Shown here: positions 1-8,825 of the stretch, in pieces
Position numbering within the stretch: position 1 is the stretch's first letter
How the letters are laid out: every line of letters begins with the position of its first letter
Source: an uncultured Chloroflexia bacterium
Lineage (GTDB): Bacteria; Chloroflexota; Anaerolineae; CG2-30-64-16
Direction of reading: 5' to 3'
Length of the DNA stretch: 64,000 nt
NCBI GenBank assembly: GCA_963774265.1
Contig: CAVZDU010000010.1
Coordinates: 192,001-256,000, forward strand
The notes under the pieces: generated by a model
Told to the model about the DNA's origin: nothing
What the model saw: the letters and a program-made list of their open reading frames with translations, nothing else
Database searches by the model: none
Program-made: the position numbers and the translations under genes

Positions 1-1804
1 CGTCGCTGACGCTCGCCCGGTACATGTCTGCCACCAGCTCGCGCACCGTCTCGTAATCTTCGAGCTCCGCGACCAGCCGCCCATCCGCGCGGACGCGGCG
101 CCTGGGGTGGCGTAGCACCGCGGCCGCCTTGATCAGCGCCAGCAGCCGCGAGAAGTCGCGCAGGATGCGGGGCGAGCTAGCTCGCTTTGGGCCAGCTCGC
201 CCCGCGATGGCGCCGGCCAGCCGGTCCGCAAACGGGACGACCACATCCCACGGCGCGCGCGCCTGGAGATAGGCCTGGAACGCGACCAGGCTGGCCTCGG
301 GCCCGCGCGCCGCGCCCAGCTCGATGCTGGCCTGGCTGCGCAGCGCCGCGCCGATCTGCTCCGGGTCGTCGGCCAGCTCCAGCGTGAAAAGCCGGGTCAT
401 CAGCTGATCGCCCAACCGCTGGACCGCGGTCGTCAACAGCACGGTGGGACCCGGCTTTATCACCTCCTGCACCGTGAAGCCGCCCGTCTCAGGGTCGCGC
501 ACCGTGGTCGTGTAGTGCAGGCAGTTGTCCTGCAGCAGCCCGCGCACCGCGGACGCGGCCGGGTTGTCCTCGCCGGACGGCAGGCTGTCGGCCTCGCCGA
601 ACACCAGCACCTTGTGCTGAAGCTCCGCATCGTCATAGATCAGGACGCGCGGGCTGCCCGCGTCGATGGTGTGCTGCGCGTCGGCCGGCAGCAAGCTGAG
701 CACGCTCTTCATCGTGTACGTCTTGCCCGACGAAGGGGAGCCCAGCAGCAGCAGGTGAACGGGCATCGCGCCCGGGCGCATCGCCAGCACGCGCGAGGTC
801 GCGGCCAGGTAGACGATCTTGATGGGCCGGATGTCGCCGCCGTAGCCCCCGCTGCGGACCTCCGCCGCGACCAGCTCCAGGGGATCCGCGGCGTGTAACA
901 CTGCCTCTGCCTGCTGTGTTACGGCGGTGAGCCGCGCATCCGCCGCCTCCTGCTGGAGCACGGCCACGGGCACGGCGTTTGCGGCCATGCGCTCGATCTC
1001 GGCCTTCACGTCCCGGCCCAGGACGTGGAGCGCGGACGGGTCTTTCGCGCCGGCGGGCGCATGGATGACCTTCAAGCCGGGAATGTCCCGGCCGATGCGC
1101 AGCGGCAGCTCCGCCGCGTCCGGTTCACACCACAGGTAGACCTCCAGCCCGTCGAAGAAGCGCGCCCACTCGGAGCGCCAGGTGCTCTTGCCGGGGATGC
1201 CCACCGCGGGCAGGCCGTAGTGCCAGAGCGTCCAGCAGTCCGACTCGCCCTCCACGATCATCGTCCAGCCCACGCGCCGCGCATCGCCCAAATCCTGGCC
1301 GTACGGGCTGACCTTATCCCCGCGGCGCCAGACGAAGCGCGGTTCGACCGTGAGCGACCGGCGAAACCGGACCGCGACGACGTTGCCCTGCGCATCGACG
1401 TACGGGATCTTGACCGCGGGCGCACCCCCGTGCTTGCAGTCGCTCAGCCCGTAGCTGGCCAGTTCGGCGACCGGCAGCCGTTTGGCGTCTGCGAGCGCCT
1501 GCAGGGTCAGGCCTGCGGTCCCCTGAGACTCGCGTAACACTGTAACACCCTTTACAGATGGATGACTATCCGCCCTTATCAATCCTTTTTGCTTCAGAGC
1601 CCTGATGACTGCATCCTGGGTGCAGCCGGCAAAGCAGTAGAACAAGAGCTTGCCATCGCGCTCGGTCAGCGACAGGCTGGGCGTCTTATCCGCGTGCGCG
1701 GGACAATGGAGGGAGTGTTTCCGCGTTCCGTTACGCCGGCAAGCGCAGCCGGGATCTGCGCATTGCAGCGCGCGGACGATGTCTGCCATTTCCATTGATA
1801 CCAT
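1..1804 (-). CDS. Phage-satellite/plasmid-type primase-helicase (Zn-binding + TOPRIM + P-loop ATPase); runs off the left edge
   Basis: Manual minus-strand translation from ATG 1804: MVSMEMADIVRALQC...HCPAHADKTPSLSLTERDGKLLFYCFAGC (primase Zn-binding motif), IVEGESDCWTL (TOPRIM), LLLLGSPSSGKT (Walker A, ~721-755). Open to position 1, so absent from the ORF track. Confidence 0.85.
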   Translation of the reverse strand, partial: MVSMEMADIVRALQCADPGCACRRNGTRKHSLHCPAHADKTPSLSLTERDGKLLFYCFAGCTQDAVIRALKQKGLIRADSHPSVKGVTVLRESQGTAGLTLQALADAKRLPVAELASYGLSDCKHGGAPAVKIPYVDAQGNVVAVRFRRSLTVEPRFVWRRGDKVSPYGQDLGDARRVGWTMIVEGESDCWTLWHYGLPAVGIPGKSTWRSEWARFFDGLEVYLWCEPDAAELPLRIGRDIPGLKVIHAPAGAKDPSALHVLGRDVKAEIERMAANAVPVAVLQQEAADARLTAVTQQAEAVLHAADPLELVAAEVRSGGYGGDIRPIKIVYLAATSRVLAMRPGAMPVHLLLLGSPSSGKTYTMKSVLSLLPADAQHTIDAGSPRVLIYDDAELQHKVLVFGEADSLPSGEDNPAASAVRGLLQDNCLHYTTTVRDPETGGFTVQEVIKPGPTVLLTTAVQRLGDQLMTRLFTLELADDPEQIGAALRSQASIELGAARGPEASLVAFQAYLQARAPWDVVVPFADRLAGAIAGRAGPKRASSPRILRDFSRLLALIKAAAVLRHPRRRVRADGRLVAELEDYETVRELVADMYRASVSD

Positions 1805-1852
1805 GCGTGTTATTCCTCACCGTATTGGCTGTTACAGTGTTACACGGGTTAC
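1534..1852. repeat. Iteron-like TGTTAC repeats; perfect 14-bp inverted pair
   Basis: GTAACACTGTAACA (1534-1547) is the exact reverse complement of TGTTACAGTGTTAC (1830-1843). Further copies at 1848-1852, 894-903 and 915-922. Confidence 0.6.
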
Positions 1853-1981
1853 GCCGTGCGGTATTCTATCCAGAGAACTGCTGTTTGGGCGATTGCAAAC
1901 AATAGTTCTGTGGGATATCCTAAGGCGGCGCAGGGTGCGTGTCAAGGGGTCTGGGGGCTCAGTTTGGGGCGAAATCAACAA

Positions 1982-2029
1982 CAAGACACTGTACGCTTTT
2001 CAACTCTGTACACTCTTCAACTCTGTACA
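1982..2029. repeat. 17-bp-period direct repeats, possible integrase arm-type sites
   Basis: TTCAACTCTGTACA at 1999-2012 and 2016-2029, with a degenerate copy at 1982-1995, ~115 bp from the att-like site. Confidence 0.55.
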
Positions 2030-2110
2030 GTCTGGCGAGGGCCGGCAGCGAAGGGCAAGAAGAAGTGACTGGGAGTGCACCGCGACTTGGAGCACCATGC
2101 CACTAAATGA

Positions 2111-2143
2111 ACGACCGGCAGCGGTTGATCCACTGTCGGTCGT
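2111..2143 (-). terminator. Hairpin downstream of the tRNA-Gly 3'-end copy
   Basis: ACGACCGGCAGCGG-ttgat-CCACTGTCGGTCGT imperfect inverted repeat. Confidence 0.45.
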
Positions 2144-2170
2144 GTGTCAGAACGGGTAAGGGGATTCGAA
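2144..2170 (-). repeat. att-like duplication of the tRNA-Gly(CCC) 3' end
   Basis: GTGTCAGAACGGGTAAGGGGATTCGAA matches 8706-8732 (GTGTCAGAGCGGGTAAGGGGATTCGAA) at 26/27. Confidence 0.85.
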
Positions 2171-2202
2171 AAGGAAGCTGAGTGTCATCAACCTCCATTG
2201 TC

Positions 2203-3065
2203 CTAAAGCACTTGCCGCAGCCTGGCGGCGAACGCGTCCGGGTCGCCCCGGTAACCGGATTCACCTCCGAGGAACCCGCCGTGGTGGCTGGGGAACATCA
2301 CTAGCTCCTGGTGGAGCTGCTTCGCGATGGCTTCCGCCGCGCGCTGGGCCATGGTGCCTTCGGATTCGACCCCGGCGGCAATCACGATGCGGGCCGGCGC
2401 CACTCGCAGTGCCTCGAAGTCGGGGACGTAGTGCGTAATCGGGATGAACGGCTCTCCGAATAGTGGATTGTCGCGCGAGCCATCGTCCGCGGCCGGGAGC
2501 CCGAAATCGGCCGGATTCGCCGGTCGCTGGGCGAAGTCGGCCGGGATTGGCCCTTTCAGGTTGGTGAGAACGATGAACTTGGCCATCGCGGGCCCGAAGC
2601 CCTCGCGTTCGTACGTCTTGGAAATGTCCTTGATGGCGGCCTGCGCCTGCTCGCGGTCCGGCAGCACCGGCGCGGCCGGCGGTTCGTGCGCGACCAGCGT
2701 ATGTACGTCCTCCGGATGCCGCGCCACCAGCGCGAGCGCATTGATCGCGCCACCGCTGCTGGCGAAGATGTCCACTGGCCCGGCGTTCAAAGCGGTGATC
2801 AACCGGTGCAGGTCGTCCGCATGCAGCTCGGGTGTCCGCCGCTGGGAGCGATCCGTCAGTTCGCTGCGCCCAGTTCCGCGCGGATCGTAGGTCACCACCG
2901 TCCGGTCACGGAAATGCCCGGCGAGGGTCGTGAACCCGGTGGCGTCCATCGGATGCCCGATCAGCAGGAGCACCGGCGCGGTGGTCTGTGCCTCGGCGTC
3001 GTCGGATGTCGTAGCCGCAGCGTGGCGCCCGGCACGTTCAAAGTCAGGGTTCTCGGTTCGGTCAT
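2203..3065 (-). CDS. Alpha/beta hydrolase (frameshift near the 5' end)
   Basis: [16 protein letters not shown] start at 3065 joins the ORF 2203-2973 carrying TYDPRG, ASSGG nucleophile elbow, AHEPP and HHGGF motifs. Confidence 0.8.
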
Positions 3066-3089
3066 TGCGGTATCCTTTCCCGATCTCTC

Positions 3090-3996
3090 GTCCGACGGAG
3101 ATACCACATGCTGCCCTTCAGATACTTCCCGTAACTTGGCCAGGTCGATCTTCTTCATCTGAAGGAATGCCTGGGTCACCCGGTCGATCCTCTCCCGGTC
3201 GTCGCCGCCGAGCATCTCCTCCATGCCCGAGGGGACGATCTGCCACGAAACGCCGAACTTGTCTTTGAGCCAGCCGCATTGCTCCGCTTCCGGCACGGCG
3301 GAAAGCTTGCTCCAGTAGTAGTCGATTCTCCTCCTGGGTCTCGCACTGCACCATGAAGGAGATCGCTTCGTTGAAGGCGAACTGGTGGTCATGCGCGCTG
3401 TCCATCGCTGCAAACTCGCTGGCCGAGCAGCGAGAAATCGCCGAACAGGAGCGTCCCCTCCTTATCCGGCTCCTCGCCCGGGCCGTGATGCTGGAGCGCA
3501 CCGACCTTCGAGCCGGGGAACACCGACGTCCAGAACCGGATCGCCTCTTCCGCCCGGCCGCAGACATTGCCCACGAACAGCAGGAAGGGCATGATCTTCG
3601 GGGTGACGTTCCGCTCCGCCGGGAAAGGAAATCTGCCACGACAGCCCGTACTTATCCTGCCAGCCAGCCGTATCGCTCGCTGAAAGGATAGCTCCCGAGT
3701 TCCATGAGCACGCCGCCCCCTTCTGACAGTCGTGCCCAGATGCGGTCGACGTCGTCCTTCGTGCTGCAGGTGACGTGAAACGATACGGACGGGTTGAACT
3801 TGAAGTACGGGCCCGCGCTGATCGCCTGGAACCGCCGGCCGAGAAGCTCAAAGCTGACCGTATCCACCGACCCCGATGGGGTGTCGTTGAGCGTGCCGGT
3901 GCTGGTGATCTTCGACTCGGGGAAGGTCGAGACATAGAACTCGGCCGCCTCTTTGGCTTCCTTGTCGAACCACAGATGGGTCGTCATCGTTTCCAT
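3090..3996 (-). CDS. Two-domain PhnB/3-demethylubiquinone-9 3-methyltransferase-like VOC protein (frameshifted; 3' end approximate)
   Basis: [63 protein letters not shown] spread across frames. Confidence 0.8.
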
Positions 3997-4043
3997 AAGC
4001 TTGTTGTCCTTTCTCTCTTACAGTTACAGCAACGCGGCGGCAG

Positions 4044-4226
4044 TCACATTGCGGACCTGTGGCAAGAGTCGCCGCCAGGCCAGCGACGCCAGCGCAACGC
4101 CCGCCGCGCGATGATGCTCGTCGCGCGCTCGCCGGCCAGGGTGTGGCCCACCTGTTCCCAATCCGCTTGCGTACGCTGCGCGATCACGATGCCCGATTCA
4201 GTCGCCAGAAGCAGCCGTGCTGTCAT
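4044..4226 (-). pseudogene. N-terminal fragment, possibly of a BNR/beta-propeller protein
   Basis: RBS plus MTARLLLATESGIVIA..., similarity lost after ~40 aa. Confidence 0.35.
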
Positions 4227-4436
4227 GTGCTTCCTGTCTTTCCCTACCTAGGAAGGCGCACCGCCGAAGTACACGTCGACTTCCTTGACCTGGTGGCCGT
4301 CAGTCTTGATGTGCTCCGTGTTGCGACAATGTTGACACGGAATCTCTCGCTGTAAACATAATTCGCCGGGTCAGTTGGCCCGGCGAATCGTTGCAGGCAT
4401 AGAATGGCGGCCACGCGTACTCGGTCGGGTACTGAT

Positions 4437-4560
4437 TCAGCCCGCCGGCACTTCGACAATCTTGAAGAGTGCGCCCTGAGCGTCGGCCACCATCGCGAAG
4501 CGTCCGTATGGCGAATCCTTTGGCCGCGTTGTCGCGGCCGGTGGGTTCAGTTGCTGGACA
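4437..4560 (-). pseudogene. C-terminal fragment of a VOC/glyoxalase protein
   Basis: PKDSPYGRFAMVADAQGALFKIV motif; no N-terminus. Confidence 0.6.
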
Positions 4561-4729
4561 ACCAATGTAGCCCCGCGGCACCCCGGGGTATGTGACGGCG
4601 CTTCCCGTCGGCGCGGGCCGCAGCCGGCCCGCGCCCTGCATTGACGGGACCGAAACGGCATGATAAGATCTATTTGTGTTAGTATTGACGCCCATTTGTG
4701 CCAGTCTTGCACGGGTGAGGTCACGAACC

Positions 4730-4969
4730 GGTTCACACTACGAGGGGCCCGAGGACCGCGCGGTCAGCGAGCGGTGGTTGAGGGAGTTCGCCGCCGAGCT
4801 GGATCAAGGCGAGCGCGCAGCTTACGCGAACTTCATGGCGGACAAAGGCGAGGAGCGCCTTCGCGCCGCGTACCCTGGAACAACGTGGGACCGGCTTGCG
4901 GCGGTGAAGGCACGGTATGACCCTACCAACCTATTCCGGCGCAACCACAACATTCGGCCGGCAGTGTAG
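4730..4969 (+). pseudogene. C-terminal berberine-bridge (BBE) fragment of an FAD oxidoreductase
   Basis: AYANF...RAAYPGTTWDRLAAVKARYDPTNLFRRNHNI; FAD-binding domain missing. Confidence 0.8.
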
Positions 4970-5003
4970 TCGCACCAGCGGAGACAGAAAGGACGTGTGC
5001 AAG

Positions 5004-5360
5004 ATGCTGAACCTGAATTCCATCATGATCGGGAGCGCAGAGCCCGAGGCGCTGGCAGCCTTCTATGAGAGGGTGCTGGGGAAACCGGCGGAAATGTCAG
5101 ATGCTGCGCAGGGCTTCTGGGGCTGGCAGGTGGGCAGCGCCTACTTCTCGGTGATGCAGCATTCGGAAGTGAAAGGACGCGCGAAAGAACCGGCCCGACT
5201 CATCTTTAACCTGGAGACATCGCAGGTCAAGGAAGAGTTCGAGCGGATCAAGGCTGCGGGCGCTACCGTGATCCGCGAACCGTACGAGCTGGAAGGCGGC
5301 CGGATCGCCACACTGGCCGACCCGGATGGCAACTACTTCCAGTTGGTGACGCCTATGTGA
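5004..5360 (+). CDS. VOC (glyoxalase/bleomycin resistance) family protein
   Basis: GAAAGGA RBS; MLNLNSIMIGS...LAAFYERVLG...IATLADPDGNYFQL. Confidence 0.85.
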   Translation: MLNLNSIMIGSAEPEALAAFYERVLGKPAEMSDAAQGFWGWQVGSAYFSVMQHSEVKGRAKEPARLIFNLETSQVKEEFERIKAAGATVIREPYELEGGRIATLADPDGNYFQLVTPM

Positions 5361-5522
5361 ACTCCATCGGGGCGGCCAGTGAAGTCAGCGGGCCAGGATC
5401 TGTGAGTGCGGGAGATCGATGCACCAACGACCGGCAAGCGTCGACCGTTGCCGCCCTCGCCCAGCTCGACCTGCGAATTCTCGTTGACCGGGCCGCCCCG
5501 ACTCAGAATGAGGAAAGGCATT

Positions 5523-5835
5523 ATGAAGTTACTCCTTTGATCCGTAACACCGACGTCCTGCTGGTGAACGACGGCGATCCGTTGTATCTGTGCTACTGGA
5601 TGCGGCAGTCCGGGCTGGCCGACCTTTTGCCGTCGCTGCACGAGACGGTCTGGGTGGGGCTGAGCGCCGGGAGCATGGTAATGACGCCCCGTATCGGGGA
5701 GGACTTCGTCGGCTGGAAGCCGCCCAGCGGTGGCGATGAAACGCTGGGCATGGTTGGCTTTTCGATCTTTCCGCACGTGGATCACCCGGAGCTGCCGGAC
5801 AATTGCATGGCCAACGCAGAAAAGTGGGCCGCCGA
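5523..5835 (+). pseudogene. Peptidase E (S51) fragment with internal deletion
   Basis: RBS plus MKLLL then a jump to GDPLYLCYWMRQSGL...WVGLSAGSMVMTP...IFPHVDH. Confidence 0.75.
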
Positions 5836-6225
5836 ACGCTGGCTCAGCCGCAATGCCGTCCACTTTGGAGCCGCACCGGTCACGCTGCTCGGCGACGACC
5901 GCTACTGCCACCAGCCCTTCTGCGAGCACGTCCTGGCGACCGGCTGGCACTTTGTCTTCACCTGCAAATCGACGTCGCATCCGGCACTGTCTCTGGAGGT
6001 CGACCTGTTGACCCAAGCCGGCGGCGTGGCGAAACTGACCGAACAGCACGTGGTCGACGGTCACCCGCAAGTCTGGCGCTATCGCTATGCCACGCGCGTC
6101 CCACGGCGCGCCGACACCCAGCCGTTGTACGTCAACTGGTGCGAAGTCACGATCACGACCCCGGCCGGCGAACTGCTATATCGCAACGCCTGGGCCACCG
6201 ATCACCCGCTGACCCCGACCACCTT
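5835..6225 (+). mobile_element. Internal fragment of an ISNCY-type DDE transposase fused to the peptidase E remnant
   Basis: TLLGDDRYCHQPFC...FVFTCKSTSH...VNWCEVTIT...LLYRNAWATDH resembles ISNCY transposases. Confidence 0.7.
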
Positions 6226-6301
6226 TGGAACCGCTGAGGACACCCAACGTTCAGTTGCGAACCCCCCCGGAAGGTGATATGCTCGTGAGGGAGGCCTAAC
6301 G

Positions 6302-6655
6302 ATGTGGCAAGACTACGAACACAAAGGGCAACCTTTGCTTCCCCGCTCTCTCTTCCTGCGCCGGCTCCTCTGGCATTTCCTCCTGGCTTCCGGCTTTATG
6401 CTTGGCACGCTAACCATCGGCGTCCTCGGCTACCACTTCACCGAGCGTCTTTCATGGCTGGACTCGCTGCTCAATGCCGCGATGATCCTGGGCGGCATGG
6501 GACCGGTGAACCCAATCATCACCCCCGCCGGCAAACTCTTCGCATCTTTCTACGCGCTCTTCTCTGGCGTAATTTTCCTGGCGATAGCCGGCATCATCAT
6601 CGCGCCGATTGCTCATCGCTTGCTTCACCGGTTACACCTGGAAGATGCAGTTTAG
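6302..6655 (+). CDS. Small membrane protein (ion-channel-like pore segment)
   Basis: GYHF...SWLDSLLNAAMILGGMGPV...GKLFASFYALFSG conserved family; GGAGG RBS. Confidence 0.75.
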   Translation: MWQDYEHKGQPLLPRSLFLRRLLWHFLLASGFMLGTLTIGVLGYHFTERLSWLDSLLNAAMILGGMGPVNPIITPAGKLFASFYALFSGVIFLAIAGIIIAPIAHRLLHRLHLEDAV

Positions 6656-6742
6656 TGAACGGAGACTTCGGGGCACTTGCGGCAGACGTGCTCCAAATCA
6701 TGTCGTCGCCCTCGCACAAAGGGAACCAAGTTTGACACGAGG

Positions 6743-7261
6743 ATGGATGAAATGGACACTTTAGAAGCAATTCGCAAGCGAAGAAGTATCCGTCGGTATA
6801 CGGACGATGCCATTCCTAAAGCGGATTTGGAGATCATCGTCGATGCGGGTCGATTGGCGGCGACAGGAAGTAATCGGCAACCGTGGGATTTCGTTGTGGT
6901 AACCGACCGGACAATGATCGAGCAGTTCAAAGTGGCAGGCGCGTGGATAGAGACAGCCGGCGCGGTGATTGTAGTGGTAATGGATCCGGTATCACGCTGG
7001 TGGGTAGAAGATGGCGCGGCCGCGATTGAGAATATGCTATTGGCGAGTACTGCCTTGGGCTATGGAGCGTGTTGGGTGGAGGGAGACGCTTTGCCACGCG
7101 AAGCACAATTCAAAATCCTCTTGGGCGTACCAAGCGAAAAGCGCGTGATGGCGTTGATTCCAGTTGGTGTGGCGGCGGAAATGCCGACGCCAGAGAAGAG
7201 ACCGCTGGAGAAAGTGCTGCACTGGGAAAAGTACCGATCCGTTGTGCAGGAGAACGCCTAA
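6743..7261 (+). CDS. Nitroreductase family protein
   Basis: AIRKRRSIRRY, AATGSNRQPWDFVVV, AIENMLLASTALGYGACW. Confidence 0.9.
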   Translation: MDEMDTLEAIRKRRSIRRYTDDAIPKADLEIIVDAGRLAATGSNRQPWDFVVVTDRTMIEQFKVAGAWIETAGAVIVVVMDPVSRWWVEDGAAAIENMLLASTALGYGACWVEGDALPREAQFKILLGVPSEKRVMALIPVGVAAEMPTPEKRPLEKVLHWEKYRSVVQENA

Positions 7262-7542
7262 AGGCTCACTCAGTGACCCTAGTAGTGCGATCAGCCAGAA
7301 AGCGCCGGCAATAGTTCTCTATACCTTTTGGCCTTCTGGTCCTTGGTCATGCGGGCGTAACGTGGGGATGGACTCGGCAAAATCACAAGCTCGATAGACG
7401 GGTGCCGATTGATGATGTCCTTGGGTTCCGGCCGCTGCTTCCTTGCCCGAAAAGCTACCCAAAATCAGATACCTGGCTCCCGATTCAGGCACGAAAGTGC
7501 CGAAAAGGGGAAAATCATCGCCGCGCGCTCGAAGGAGGACGA

Positions 7543-7933
7543 TTGAGAAATCTGCTCACCGTGACCTCAGTGACTGAAGTGGGGGCCGGCCTTGTGATGA
7601 TGACAGTTCCGTCGTTGGCGGTCACGTTCCTGTTCGGTTCAACTCTCAGCACGACTGTTGAGTTGGTTATGGCGCGCCTATTCGGAGTAGCACTGCTCGC
7701 CCTGGGAGTCGCCTGCTGGCTCGCGTGCCACGACGGGCAGAGCCGCGCCGCCGCGAGGGTTGGTCGGCGCAATGGTGATTTACAACGCTGGCGTCGTCAC
7801 GGTCTTCGTGTATTCGGGCATAGGCTTAGGACTGTCCGGCGTCGGCCTTTGGCCGGCCGTTCTGCTTCACATCGCCATGACGGTCTGGTGCGTCATGGGT
7901 CTGCTACTCAAGCCGGAGAAAATCATCGGGTAA
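7543..7933 (+). CDS. Small hypothetical membrane protein (frameshift ~7755)
   Basis: AAGGAGG RBS plus TTG; hydrophobic segments continue in a second frame (YNAGVV...GVGLWPAVLLH). Confidence 0.5.
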
Positions 7934-7999
7934 GTAAACTGAACTTGGACAGGGCACTATAGATGTCTGAGCCGCATAGCTATCTGCCATACTTGGTTC

Positions 8000-8425
8000 A
8001 TGCCTAAGAAGACGATCTTGTGCAGCGCCTGTTTGATGGGGGTCTCTTGCCGTTACGATGGTAAGGCTAAGACCAATGAAAAGGCGTTGAAACTGCTGGA
8101 GGATCACCATGTGGTTTTGGTTTGCCCTGAACAATTGGGCGGACTGCCAACCCCGCGTCCGCCAGCAGAAATAACGAACAATATGGTGGTCAACAAGAAT
8201 GGAGAAGACGTAACTTTACAGTTTTCGAGAGGAGCCGATGAAGTATTGAATATCGCCAAGCTTGTCGGAGCAAAGGATGCCGTGCTAAAGTCAAACTCAC
8301 CGTCATGCGGTAGCTTGCATCTCTACGACGGTACTTTCACGGGCACCTTGACTGAGGGAGACGGGGTAACGGCTAGTCTGCTGAAGAAAAACGGGATTAG
8401 GGTAGTTAGCGAAAACGATCTATGA
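8000..8425 (+). CDS. DUF523 / 2-thiouracil desulfurase family protein
   Basis: SACLMGVSCRYDG, VCPEQLGGLPTPRPP, LKSNSPSCG, GDGVTA. Confidence 0.9.
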   Translation: MPKKTILCSACLMGVSCRYDGKAKTNEKALKLLEDHHVVLVCPEQLGGLPTPRPPAEITNNMVVNKNGEDVTLQFSRGADEVLNIAKLVGAKDAVLKSNSPSCGSLHLYDGTFTGTLTEGDGVTASLLKKNGIRVVSENDL

Positions 8426-8669
8426 CATGGCCGCCTAACTGCTACCTGATCGGTCTACTCAACCCCGTTCTATAGCTCCATGCATCCGACTCTTCTCCAA
8501 ACCCGTGTTGCGCTCTCGCCACAAGCCGCAAGATGCCTTGGCCGTGCTGGACATTCTGCGATTGGAGCCTGTCGAGGCTAAGGTCGAGCTGGGTGGTCGG
8601 ATAAGGACTTACGCGAAGCTGACTGTCACGTGGCAGGGTGTCCACCTGGAATTATGGCACCAGACCACG

Positions 8670-8707
8670 AAAAACGGCCTGTGAGGCTTACAACGCCCAC
8701 AGGCCGT
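8670..8707 (-). terminator. Rho-independent terminator after tRNA-Gly(CCC)
   Basis: ACGGCCTGTG...CACAGGCCGT hairpin followed by a U-run on the minus strand. Confidence 0.7.
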
Positions 8708-8712
8708 GTCAG

Positions 8713-8784
8713 AGCGGGTAAGGGGATTCGAACCCCTGACATCCAGCTTGGGAAGCTGACGTTCTACCGCTGAACTATACCCGC
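8713..8784 (-). tRNA. tRNA-Gly(CCC)
   Basis: GCGGGTA acceptor stem, anticodon loop TTCCCAA, GGTTCGAATCC T-arm, U73. Confidence 0.95.
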
Positions 8785-8825
8785 AACAGCAGCCATTATA
8801 GGCAACTGCCGCAGGTTGTCAAAAC

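Larger units (their letters stand above)
2144..8732. mobile_element. Decayed genomic island at tRNA-Gly(CCC), no integrase visible
   Basis: Bounded by the tRNA 3'-end direct repeat; mosaic of gene fragments, a transposase remnant and GC shifts. Confidence 0.7.

Noticed and set aside
187-1798. Plus-strand ORFs in the track over the left end
   Set aside because: Antisense shadows of the minus-strand primase-helicase.
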